Assembly: GCA_964392925.1 (NCBI GenBank)
Contig: CAYMRP010000004.1
Location: 71,184-135,183 of the forward strand
Length of the DNA: 64,000 bases
Source of the DNA: an uncultured Gammaproteobacteria bacterium
GTDB lineage: Bacteria; Patescibacteriota; Microgenomatia; Daviesbacterales; UBA10151
Reading direction: 5' to 3'
The position numbers and the translations under genes are program-made. Every line of letters starts with the position of its first letter. Within the stretch, counting starts at the first letter, position 1. This document shows positions 1-8,151 of the stretch, in pieces. A model generated the notes under the pieces. That model worked only from the letters and a program-made list of their open reading frames with translations, did no database searches and had not been told where the DNA came from.

Positions 1-1
1 A

Positions 2-136
2 GAAGAGCATAAAGTCTATAAAATCGTCGATTCCCCGGAGGAAGTGTTAGAAGCCATCAACGCTTTTGAAAAAGAAATTGAAAAAGGCGACCACGGCGAT
101 CACCTCAAAGCCTCAACCGAAGGCTTCTCTATTTAA
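2..136 (+). CDS. Partial CDS, 3' end of a gene that starts upstream of the window; C-terminus resembles LOG/Rossmann-fold nucleotide-binding proteins
   Basis: Frame 2 is open from the window edge to TAA at 134-136 (...EEHKVYKIVDSPEEVLEAINAFEKEIEKGDHGDHLKASTEGFSI*). The C-terminal pattern '..VDSPEEVLEAI' is typical of LOG-family proteins, but the similarity is weak. Confidence 0.3.
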   Translation, partial: EEHKVYKIVDSPEEVLEAINAFEKEIEKGDHGDHLKASTEGFSI

Positions 137-211
137 ACAACCTAAGTATAAACTCTATTTTGTGCCTCCTGGTACTTGTGGTACTTTTGATACTCGTGGT
201 ACCCTTAAACT

Positions 212-1096
212 ATGCAACTTTCCCCTCATGATGTTAAAGATTTAGAACTAAAAGCCAACGAAATCCGTACAGATATTATAAAAATGTTAGTTGAAGCTAA
301 ATCCGGCCATTCAGGCGGTCCATTAGGCTTAGCCGATATTTTTACAGCCCTATTCTTTAAAGAATTAAATATAAATCCTGAAAAGCCTGAGTGGGAAGAA
401 AGAGATAGGTTCGTTTTATCCTGCGGCCATACCTGTCCTGTCATGTATGCTACCATGGCCCATCGCGGATTCTTTCCTATTTCCGAACTAAAAACCCTCC
501 GAAAACTTGGCAGCAGACTCCAAGGCCATCCGCATAGAGAAGCACTTCCCGGATTAGAAACAACCTCAGGCCCCTTAGGCTCAGGTTTATCTCAAGCTGC
601 CGGCATGGCTTTGGTTGGAAAAATGGATAATAAGTCTTGGCGGGTATATTGTGTAACCTCAGACGGCGAACACCAGGAGGGAAATACCTGGGAAGCAGTC
701 ATGTTTGCAGCCGGCCAAAAACTTGGAAATTTAACAGCCATAATGGATAGAAATAATATGCAAATCGACGGCCATACCGAAGATGTTTTGCCTCTTGATC
801 CGGTAGCCGATAAATATCGCGCCTTCAATTGGAATGTAATCGAAGTAAACGGCCATAATTTTGAGGAAATACTCGAAGCCTGCGAATCGGCTAAAAAAAT
901 TACTGATAAACCAACTATGATTATCGCCAACACTGTCCCTGGCAAAGGCGTAAGCTATATGGAAAACCGCTACGAATGGCACGGCGCACCTCCAGATGGA
1001 ATGGATATTGAAGGAGCTCCTAAAAAAGGCGAGCAGGCAAGCGAGGCACTACAACAATTGGAAAAAATTGAAAGAAGTCTTAAAGACTCAAGTTAA
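212..1096 (+). CDS. Transketolase, N-terminal (TPP-binding) subunit of a split transketolase
   Basis: 294 aa containing GHSGGPLGLADIF and the TPP-binding region GDGEHQEGNTWEA. The adjacent downstream ORF encodes the C-terminal half. Confidence 0.9.
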   Translation: MQLSPHDVKDLELKANEIRTDIIKMLVEAKSGHSGGPLGLADIFTALFFKELNINPEKPEWEERDRFVLSCGHTCPVMYATMAHRGFFPISELKTLRKLGSRLQGHPHREALPGLETTSGPLGSGLSQAAGMALVGKMDNKSWRVYCVTSDGEHQEGNTWEAVMFAAGQKLGNLTAIMDRNNMQIDGHTEDVLPLDPVADKYRAFNWNVIEVNGHNFEEILEACESAKKITDKPTMIIANTVPGKGVSYMENRYEWHGAPPDGMDIEGAPKKGEQASEALQQLEKIERSLKDSS

Positions 1097-1103
1097 AAGT
1101 CAT

Positions 1104-2078
1104 ATGCAAAATAACCTAAATCCAAAATTATTTGATGATGATATCGAGCAAGTTCCGTCCCGGAACGGTTTTGGCGAAGGCTTAGTTATAGCTGGTGAAG
1201 AAAATCCAAACGTCGTTGCTCTCTGCGCAGATCTCACAGAATCGACTAGGATGGAAGGATTTAAAAAGAAATTCCCTGAACGCTTCGTTGAAGTTGGAGT
1301 TGCCGAGCAAAACCTGGTAACTGTCGCCTCCGGCATGGCGCATGAAGGCAAAATCCCATTCACCTCCTCATACGCCACATTCTCCCCAGGTAGAAACTGG
1401 GAGCAAATAAGAACCACAATTTGCTACAACAATCAGCCAGTTAAAATAATCGGCAACCACACCGGAGTCTCAGTCGGTCCCGATGGCGCAACTCATCAAG
1501 CGTTGGAAGATATCGCTCTGATGCGTGTTCTCCCCAATATGATCGTCGTTGTTCCGGCAGACTCAATCGAAGCTAAAAAAGCCACTATCGCTATCGCCAA
1601 AAATGGCAAACCAAGCTACCTTAGACTTTCCAGAGACAAGACCCCGGTTATTACTACTGAAGACTCATCGTTTGAGATAGGCAAAGCCGAAGTTCTAAAT
1701 AATGGTAATGACGTGACTATTATTGCTTGTGGCCAAATGGTGTACCTCGCTTTAAAAGTTGCTAAAACCCTTGAAGAGGATAAGATTAGTGTTCGGGTAA
1801 TAAATTGCCACACAATTAAACCTTTAGACACAAAAACAATCCTAAATGCCGCAGAAGAAACTGGTGCCATAGTTACAGTCGAAGAACACCAAATAGCTGG
1901 TGGTTTAGGCAGCGCAGTCGCAGAAGTCGTTTCAGAATCATATCCTGTGCCCATTAAACGAATCGGCATTGAAGACAGTTTTGGCGAAAGTGGTTCGACT
2001 GCAGAGCTGATGACAAAATATGGCCTAACTGAAGAGCATATAAAGAAAGCTGTTCTCGAAGTAATTAGGCGAAAGTAA
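1104..2078 (+). CDS. Transketolase, C-terminal (pyrimidine-binding/C-terminal domain) subunit
   Basis: The track ORF begins at 996 and overlaps the previous gene; the likely start is the ATG at 1104 (MQNNLNPKLF...). The translation shows the transketolase Pyr/C-terminal domains (GEDGPTHQ-like 'GPDGATHQALEDIALMR'). Confidence 0.9.
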   Translation: MQNNLNPKLFDDDIEQVPSRNGFGEGLVIAGEENPNVVALCADLTESTRMEGFKKKFPERFVEVGVAEQNLVTVASGMAHEGKIPFTSSYATFSPGRNWEQIRTTICYNNQPVKIIGNHTGVSVGPDGATHQALEDIALMRVLPNMIVVVPADSIEAKKATIAIAKNGKPSYLRLSRDKTPVITTEDSSFEIGKAEVLNNGNDVTIIACGQMVYLALKVAKTLEEDKISVRVINCHTIKPLDTKTILNAAEETGAIVTVEEHQIAGGLGSAVAEVVSESYPVPIKRIGIEDSFGESGSTAELMTKYGLTEEHIKKAVLEVIRRK

Positions 2079-2244
2079 TCTATGTGTAATCTCTGCGGTG
2101 TAGTCACCATACCTCTCGATTTCCTACTCTCACTCTTAATGCTCGCCCTATCATACTTAATAATGATTTCTCAAATGGCCGTTATGTTTATATCCCGTTT
2201 TCTTGAATACAACCTCCGCAAATTCACCCAAAAATAATCTCCAC

Positions 2245-2269
2245 TTTTCGAACATAGTGAGAAAATGCC
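2245..2269. repeat. Copy A of a 25-nt dispersed motif TTTTCGAACATAGTGAGAAAATGCC (two related copies at 59728 and 59764)
   Basis: Direct comparison gives a three-copy consensus TTTCGARCRYAGYGAGAAAA. This copy lies about 70 bp upstream of the DsbA-like gene. Confidence 0.6.
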
Positions 2270-2342
2270 TTAAGGAAGCAAATCCGGGAAACTGCGGGGT
2301 TTACACGCCAATACTCTTTGTGTAGAATCTTTTAACTAACGC

Positions 2343-3113
2343 ATGGACAAGACTGAGACTACTTCTTTCATTACCACACCAACAGCAATCTTAATCGGAT
2401 CGATCTTAATCTCTATTTCCTTATTAATCTCTGGCGGTGCTGTTCAAATAAAAGGTTTTAATTCTGGCGCGGCTGGTGTACCTACAGCCCCAGGAGCTCC
2501 TGCAGCTCCAGGCGCACCCACAGCTGCAGCCCCAGCTGAGCCAACATCTGCCACAGTCTCTATAGACGATGATCCCATCTTAGGAAATGCGGACGCTCCT
2601 GTCACCATAGTTGAATTCTCCGACTATGAATGCCCATTCTGCAAAAGACATTTTGAACAGACTTATGCTCAACTAAAAACTAACTACATAGAAACAGGCA
2701 AGGTAAAGTTAGTTTTCCGTGATCTCCCGCTTTCTTTCCATGATCCTCTAGCTACAAAAGAAGCAATCGCTGCCAATTGCGCTAGAGAGCAGGGCAATGA
2801 TCAGACTTATTTCAAGATGCATGAGGCACTTTTTCAAACCACAACATCAAATGGTAGTGGCATGACCATGGATCAGCTTTACGGTTTAGCCGGGAAAGTC
2901 GGTATTGATCAAACTGCTTTCAAAACCTGTATCGATGCCGATAAATATAAAGATGAAGTAGCCAAAGACTTAGCAGATGCCGGTGCAGCCGGAGCAACTG
3001 GAACTCCTAGTTTTGTGATTGGTAAATCAGGCAAAGAAGTCTCAGGTAAGTTAATAGTTGGAGCTCAGCCGTACGCAGCATTCCAAGCCGAAATCGATGC
3101 TTTGTTAAAGTAA
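2343..3113 (+). CDS. DsbA-family thiol:disulfide oxidoreductase, membrane-anchored with a Pro/Ala-rich linker
   Basis: N-terminal TM helix, a PAPGAP repeat linker and a thioredoxin-fold CPFC active site (DYECPFCKRHF). Confidence 0.8.
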   Translation: MDKTETTSFITTPTAILIGSILISISLLISGGAVQIKGFNSGAAGVPTAPGAPAAPGAPTAAAPAEPTSATVSIDDDPILGNADAPVTIVEFSDYECPFCKRHFEQTYAQLKTNYIETGKVKLVFRDLPLSFHDPLATKEAIAANCAREQGNDQTYFKMHEALFQTTTSNGSGMTMDQLYGLAGKVGIDQTAFKTCIDADKYKDEVAKDLADAGAAGATGTPSFVIGKSGKEVSGKLIVGAQPYAAFQAEIDALLK

Positions 3114-3180
3114 CAATTTAACCATTTAACAATTCAGCAATTTAACCATTTAACAATTCAGCAATTTAACAATTAATTTA
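3114..3180. repeat. Tandem 24-nt repeat (CAATTTAACCATTTAACAATTCAG, 2.7 copies) in an intergenic region
   Basis: Seen directly in the sequence immediately after the TAA stop at 3111-3113. Confidence 0.8.
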
Positions 3181-3202
3181 TGCTATATTGTTACTACCTG
3201 CT

Positions 3203-4423
3203 ATGAATTTTGATCTTGAAAATGATTTTCAAATTTTTGATGAACTCCTAAAAAAACGGCCCGAAATCTCGACTGATTCTTTCAAAAAAGATCTTCAAAA
3301 CTTTTTCCTCCCTTATGCCGAGAAGCTTCTAAAGCTTAAGGAATCAGCAGATAAAGCTATAGTTATCGGAGTCTCTGCCATTCAGGGTGCTGGCAAAACC
3401 ACGCAGGGTGAAATCCTAGAGATCCTCCTCCGGCATTTTAATAAAACATCAGTTAGTCTTTCGATTGACGATCATTACATTACTCATAAAGAGCTCTGTG
3501 AATTAAGACAACAGGATTCAAGGTTTATCAGGCGTGGAGTGACCCACGATATTGGTCTTGCGATAAGAAATATTAATGATTTAGTAGATTTTAAATCCCC
3601 AATAATCATTGCTCAATATGATAAAGGTGCACAAATGGGGGACGGAGATAGGTTTGCCTTTATAACACCTGTTGAAAATTTAACTCTTAAAGCCAAAGTT
3701 TTTGAAGAGGATCTGATTATTAATAAACTTCCTCAAACTGAAAAAGCTCTTAAGTTGTTGTCCTCTCAGTACGGCTCTGAAGATTTGAAATTGCCCGAAA
3801 ATATGGGTTCGGATATCCCAATAACTGAGGAATTTCTTCCTCAACCGCTTTGCGACTTTCTTTCCAGAATTGATAATCAGGTTGTTACAATTACCCGAGT
3901 CCAGGATAAGGTCTATTTTAGAGGTGGGGAAGATTTAGAAGTAAATATTAGTGATCTGCCAAAAGGCTGGAGACTAGTTCCTCAAAAACCCGATTTTATT
4001 TTCTATGACGGCTGGATGTTAGGTGCTAGAAAAGTTCAGGATGAGTCTGCATTTAGTCCTGAACTGCCTGCGCTGGAAGGCCCTAACTCTAGGGACTTCG
4101 CAATTTTTATTAATAATAAGCTCACTCATTACAATCCTTTATGGGACTTAATAGACTTTACCTGTGTTTTATATGTGCCTAATTATCAAATGTCTCTCAA
4201 ATGGAGAGATCAGGCAGAAGAATCCTTACGCACTCAGGGAAAAGGCATGACCCCGGATCAAATCCGTGAATTCGTTTACTATTTCTGGCGCTCAGTCCAT
4301 CCGGCCATTCAAATTAAAAATCTAGCCCAAGATCCCGAAACAGACCAGGTAATTATTATTAACGACGATCACACAATAAAAGAAGTATTGAAGCCGGAAG
4401 AAGTAGCAGTTAGGTATCAGTAA
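3203..4423 (+). CDS. P-loop kinase, D-glycerate 3-kinase (GLYK)/Tda10-like family
   Basis: Walker A embedded in GVSAIQGAGKTTQGEILEIL, like the G(I/V)SAPQGxGKTT motif of plant-type glycerate kinases. The track start at 3188 is TTG; the ATG at 3203 is more likely. Confidence 0.5.
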   Translation: MNFDLENDFQIFDELLKKRPEISTDSFKKDLQNFFLPYAEKLLKLKESADKAIVIGVSAIQGAGKTTQGEILEILLRHFNKTSVSLSIDDHYITHKELCELRQQDSRFIRRGVTHDIGLAIRNINDLVDFKSPIIIAQYDKGAQMGDGDRFAFITPVENLTLKAKVFEEDLIINKLPQTEKALKLLSSQYGSEDLKLPENMGSDIPITEEFLPQPLCDFLSRIDNQVVTITRVQDKVYFRGGEDLEVNISDLPKGWRLVPQKPDFIFYDGWMLGARKVQDESAFSPELPALEGPNSRDFAIFINNKLTHYNPLWDLIDFTCVLYVPNYQMSLKWRDQAEESLRTQGKGMTPDQIREFVYYFWRSVHPAIQIKNLAQDPETDQVIIINDDHTIKEVLKPEEVAVRYQ

Positions 4424-4533
4424 AATTTCTAATTTCTAAGTGCTCTAATTACTAAACAAATCCCAATACTCAAAATTGGGACTTTGGTTATTTCTTAGGT
4501 TAATTAGAAATTAGGTTAATTAGAAATTAAACC
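4424..4533. repeat. Copy 1 of a ~110-130 bp dispersed intergenic element (AATTTCTAATNTCTAAGTGCTCTAATT...TTAGAAATTAGGTTAATTAG)
   Basis: Near-identical 5' 30-mer and 3' TTAGGTTAATTAGAAA-type repeats are shared with 41434-41565. Both copies start immediately after a stop codon on the + strand. Confidence 0.7.
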
Positions 4534-5520
4534 ATGTACGATCTTATAACTATCGGAGACACAGTCATTGATACCTATCTGCCGATTGATGATGCCCAAG
4601 TTCTTGATAAAAAAGGCGTTAAATATCTTGGTTTAAAGTATGGTTATAAAATCCCCGTTTCTGACGGAGTTTCTGTGGTTGCCGGCAATGCCGCCAATAA
4701 CTCTATCGGAGCCTCCCGGCTGAAGCTAAAAACCGCAATCTATACTAATGTCGGGAATAAAGACGACGAGCAAAATGATGATCGTATCAAAGCTAAATTG
4801 AAGCAGGAAGGTGTGGATGTTCGCTATATAAAAGAAACTGACGATCTTCCTTCAAATCACAATATCGTCCTGACTTATAAAGGTGAGCGAACAATACTAG
4901 TCCATCACCAGCCATTCAAATTCGAGCTTCCAGACTTGGATAAATCTAAATGGGTTTATTTAACTTCAATGGCCCCAAATTATATTGAAACTCCCCTTGT
5001 AAATCAGCTTATCAATTACCTAGAGAGATCAAACGCTAAGCTTGCTTACCAGCCAGGCACTTTTCAGGTCAAACTGCGAGCAAAAAAACAGCACCGAATA
5101 TTATCTTTAGTTAATTTCTTGATTATGAACGCAGAAGAAGCAATTCATTTTCTGGAGCAGGAAGCCAATGAGCCCGTTCCAATTAAAAAACTTCTTAATA
5201 TGCTTTATCAATTAGGTCCTCGGTTAGTTGTTATCACTGATGGTAAAAAAGGCTCATTTGGTTTTGATGGAAAAAAGTATTTCTCGCTTGATGTCTTCCC
5301 TGCCAAGCTTGTCGAAATGACTGGTGCAGGGGATTCATTCGCAACCGGCACTCTGGCCGGCCTCTTTTACGGACATTCACTTGAAGAATCAATGCGCTGG
5401 GGCGGAGTTAATTCAGCCTCAGTCGTCGAACACATGGGATCAACCCCCGGATTATTAACACTAAACAAAATGGAAGAAAAACTAAAGGAACACAAAAAAA
5501 TTACTGCAAATGAATTATGA
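4534..5520 (+). CDS. PfkB-family carbohydrate/nucleoside kinase (ribokinase-like)
   Basis: PfkB C-terminal signature VEMTGAGDSFATG, an N-terminal GG-type motif, and about 328 aa. Confidence 0.8.
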   Translation: MYDLITIGDTVIDTYLPIDDAQVLDKKGVKYLGLKYGYKIPVSDGVSVVAGNAANNSIGASRLKLKTAIYTNVGNKDDEQNDDRIKAKLKQEGVDVRYIKETDDLPSNHNIVLTYKGERTILVHHQPFKFELPDLDKSKWVYLTSMAPNYIETPLVNQLINYLERSNAKLAYQPGTFQVKLRAKKQHRILSLVNFLIMNAEEAIHFLEQEANEPVPIKKLLNMLYQLGPRLVVITDGKKGSFGFDGKKYFSLDVFPAKLVEMTGAGDSFATGTLAGLFYGHSLEESMRWGGVNSASVVEHMGSTPGLLTLNKMEEKLKEHKKITANEL

Positions 5521-6217
5521 TGTTATTATGTCCATAAACCAAAAAGGCCTGACTGCAATATTTATTATTGTAAGCCTGCTGGTTTTTAGTAGTGCTATAG
5601 GCGGAGCCTATTTTTTTGGCACACAATCTAAAGCACCTGTCCCTTCCCCAAGCTTAGGCCCCTCATCAACGCCCTCTGTTGCACCAATTCTAAGTCCTCT
5701 TCCTTCCCAAACAGCAGCCACTCCGAGCCCAAGTGCTCAGGCTTCAGTTGTCACCACTCCTGTAACCGCTGTCAAAACCGAGCTAAAAATTACTTCAACT
5801 GTCCTTAATAACTCTCTCCCCTCAGGTTGGAAAACCATAAACAGCGCTAACAATAGCTTTCAGGTAGGCTATGATCCAAATCTGTATGAGGGAGAACAAA
5901 CAGCTTCATTTGCTGATAGTATTAACATTGAGAGAAGTAAAGAATGCTGTTTTAACTTTAACATTAATATAAAACCTTACAATGGTGGTTCAAGACATTC
6001 ATTCATAGGTAATTATGATAAAACTCCTCAGACTTATGAAAAAGATTATTACATAAAAGGTCGAAATGGCTTAGTGATATACAACATAATCTCCTCCTCA
6101 GCCTCAGCAATTGGCATGGTCAATATAGACGGTAAAAGAGCTTTTTATCTTACTTTCTATGGAAGCGACCAAGCATATATAGAGAAAGTATTGGCAAGCC
6201 TGAGAGTCCTACCCTAG
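5510..6217 (+). CDS. Hypothetical membrane-anchored protein with a Ser/Pro/Thr-rich linker
   Basis: N-terminal TM helix, a low-complexity PSPS linker and a C-terminal globular part; no recognisable motif. Confidence 0.45.
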   Translation: MNYDVIMSINQKGLTAIFIIVSLLVFSSAIGGAYFFGTQSKAPVPSPSLGPSSTPSVAPILSPLPSQTAATPSPSAQASVVTTPVTAVKTELKITSTVLNNSLPSGWKTINSANNSFQVGYDPNLYEGEQTASFADSINIERSKECCFNFNINIKPYNGGSRHSFIGNYDKTPQTYEKDYYIKGRNGLVIYNIISSSASAIGMVNIDGKRAFYLTFYGSDQAYIEKVLASLRVLP

Positions 6218-6793
6218 GAGCATCAGGTTGAATTCTTTCATTTTCTCGGAATCAAGTTTAGCCTCCAAAACTTTAACTTTCAAAGCTAAGTTAGGAAAAC
6301 TCTCCTCTGAAACTTTTTCTATAAATTCATCAAAACTAAATAAAATGGGTGTAATTCTTTCCCCTCCCTCTAAATTTTGCGGTCCAACTTTACGGCATCC
6401 CCGCGCCACATACGTATAAACAGTCCAATCAATCTTATAAATTGGATTTTCTAAATACCAAAGTTCAATTTCTTTACATTCATAACCAGTCTCCTCCAAA
6501 AGCTCGCGTTTGGCGGTATCTTCTGGTTTTTCCCCAGGATCCACTTTCCCGGCGACATTCTTTAAATGAAGTGGAATATGAGGCTGTTCTTCCTCAATCA
6601 GCATAATCTTCCCGTCCTCAGTAACGGGAATAACAGTCACAGTCTCACTTCTTTTTAATGACTCAAAAATAGCTTTTGAATCATCAAACAACACCTGTTC
6701 CCATTGATATACGTCAAAGATCTTACCTTTAAAAACTTTCTTTGCTGCATCTGGAATCTTCTTCATCTCGACTCTAAGTTTAATATATGTCAA
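6209..6793 (-). CDS. NUDIX hydrolase
   Basis: Nudix box GKVDPGEKPEDTAKRELLEETGY (GX5EX7REUXEEXGU). Confidence 0.85.
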   Translation of the reverse strand: MTYIKLRVEMKKIPDAAKKVFKGKIFDVYQWEQVLFDDSKAIFESLKRSETVTVIPVTEDGKIMLIEEEQPHIPLHLKNVAGKVDPGEKPEDTAKRELLEETGYECKEIELWYLENPIYKIDWTVYTYVARGCRKVGPQNLEGGERITPILFSFDEFIEKVSEESFPNLALKVKVLEAKLDSEKMKEFNLMLLG

Positions 6794-6803
6794 ACTAAAT
6801 TCA

Positions 6804-7169
6804 ATGCCTAATATAAATCAAAATGGTCTCGCACCTCTAATATTAATCGGGGTTTTGTTATCTATTGGGGTAATTGCTGCCTCCGGAACATACTACGCTT
6901 TGAATTTAACCCAACCTGTAAAGCAGGAATCTATCATCCCGGCGCAAAATCCAATTCCTTCGCCAAATGTAAATGTCACCATAGAAGAAGTTAAACAAAC
7001 AAACGAAGATGCTTTATTAAATATGGAAGGTGTGGAAAAAGTCGAAGTGGGGGAGAAGGATGGTAAACCCTGTGTAGTTGTCTTCAGCTTCAAAGAAACA
7101 GACGAACTTCAAAATCTGGAGAATAATGGTTTAAGTGGCTATGAGGTAGTTGTCCAAAATACTAAATAA
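6804..7169 (+). CDS. Hypothetical small secreted/membrane-anchored protein
   Basis: A 121-aa ORF with an N-terminal hydrophobic segment and no recognisable motif. Confidence 0.4.
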   Translation: MPNINQNGLAPLILIGVLLSIGVIAASGTYYALNLTQPVKQESIIPAQNPIPSPNVNVTIEEVKQTNEDALLNMEGVEKVEVGEKDGKPCVVVFSFKETDELQNLENNGLSGYEVVVQNTK

Positions 7170-7217
7170 TTAGTAATATCTCGACAATCCCAAAGCGATA
7201 TGCCAAACTAAATATTA

Positions 7218-8102
7218 ATGCCCAATCTTTCTAAATTCCAAAAAGACGGAAAATTCTTAATGCTGGCTTTTGATCACCGCGGCAGCTTCAAAAAACTAAT
7301 GAATCCTGAAAATCCTGATTCAGTAACTGACGAAGAAGCAATTTCTTTAAAAAAAGAAATTATTGACTCACTTAGAGGCCAGTTCACAAGTCTTCTGATT
7401 GATCAGGAAATCGGCTTAAAAGCTTATGAACCCAGAGATGTGCCTTATCTTCTTCCAATCGAAAAAACTGGTTATGAAGTAACGGGTGAAGAACGTTTAA
7501 CTGAACTTGAGAATTCCGTAGAATCACTCAAAGCAGCCGGAGCCTCAGGCGTAAAAATCTTAGTTTGGTTTAATCCCTACGTTGAATCGGCTCAAAAACA
7601 ATTGGAAATCAGTAAAAAAGTTATGGAGGAATGCCAAGCTGCAGATATGCCTTATTTTCTCGAGATCAGAACTTATGACGGTAAACGTGAAGCCGATAAA
7701 ATGGACGATGATGAAAGAGAGAAGATAATCCTCGAATCAATAAAAATGTTCTTAAGACATGATATATTCCCTGATGTCTACAAGCTAGAATACCCAGCCT
7801 CAGCCCTAGCCTGCCAAACAATCTCCGCCGCACTCCAGCTATCAGAACGGGAAATCCCATGGATCCTCCTCACAATGGGCTCCTCATTCGACGACTTCGT
7901 CGCCCAGCTAAAAGAAGCAAGCATCAGAGGCTGTAAAGGATTCTTAGCCGGCCGTGCAGTTTGGCAGGAAGTCTGCGCTATGAAAGGCGAAGAAAAACAG
8001 AAATTCCTAAAAGAAACTCTACCCGAAAGATTCAAAATAATCTCAGAAATAATGGTTGGTAATGCGGAAAATGTCATTGCGAGCGAAGCGTCGCAATCTT
8101 AA
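7218..8102 (+). CDS. Class I aldolase of the tagatose-1,6-bisphosphate aldolase (LacD)-like family
   Basis: N-terminus FLMLAFDHRGSFKKLM resembles the LAFDQRGALKQMM region of LacD; about 294 aa TIM-barrel size. Confidence 0.55.
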   Translation: MPNLSKFQKDGKFLMLAFDHRGSFKKLMNPENPDSVTDEEAISLKKEIIDSLRGQFTSLLIDQEIGLKAYEPRDVPYLLPIEKTGYEVTGEERLTELENSVESLKAAGASGVKILVWFNPYVESAQKQLEISKKVMEECQAADMPYFLEIRTYDGKREADKMDDDEREKIILESIKMFLRHDIFPDVYKLEYPASALACQTISAALQLSEREIPWILLTMGSSFDDFVAQLKEASIRGCKGFLAGRAVWQEVCAMKGEEKQKFLKETLPERFKIISEIMVGNAENVIASEASQS

Positions 8103-8151
8103 CTAAACCAGCTTGGAGTATAAATCTTTTAACAGCACTCACAGTGACTTT

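Noticed and set aside
226-2110. Antisense and overlapping small ORFs in the track (e.g. 226-456, 592-945, 731-982, 1100-1417, 1616-2110, and similar ones inside other genes).
   Set aside because: They lie entirely within well-supported conserved genes on the opposite strand or frame and have low-complexity translations. They are treated as spurious.
3114-3180. A possible CRISPR array, from the short direct repeats.
   Set aside because: There are only 2.7 contiguous copies of a 24-nt unit with no spacers, and no cas genes are nearby. It is a simple tandem repeat.
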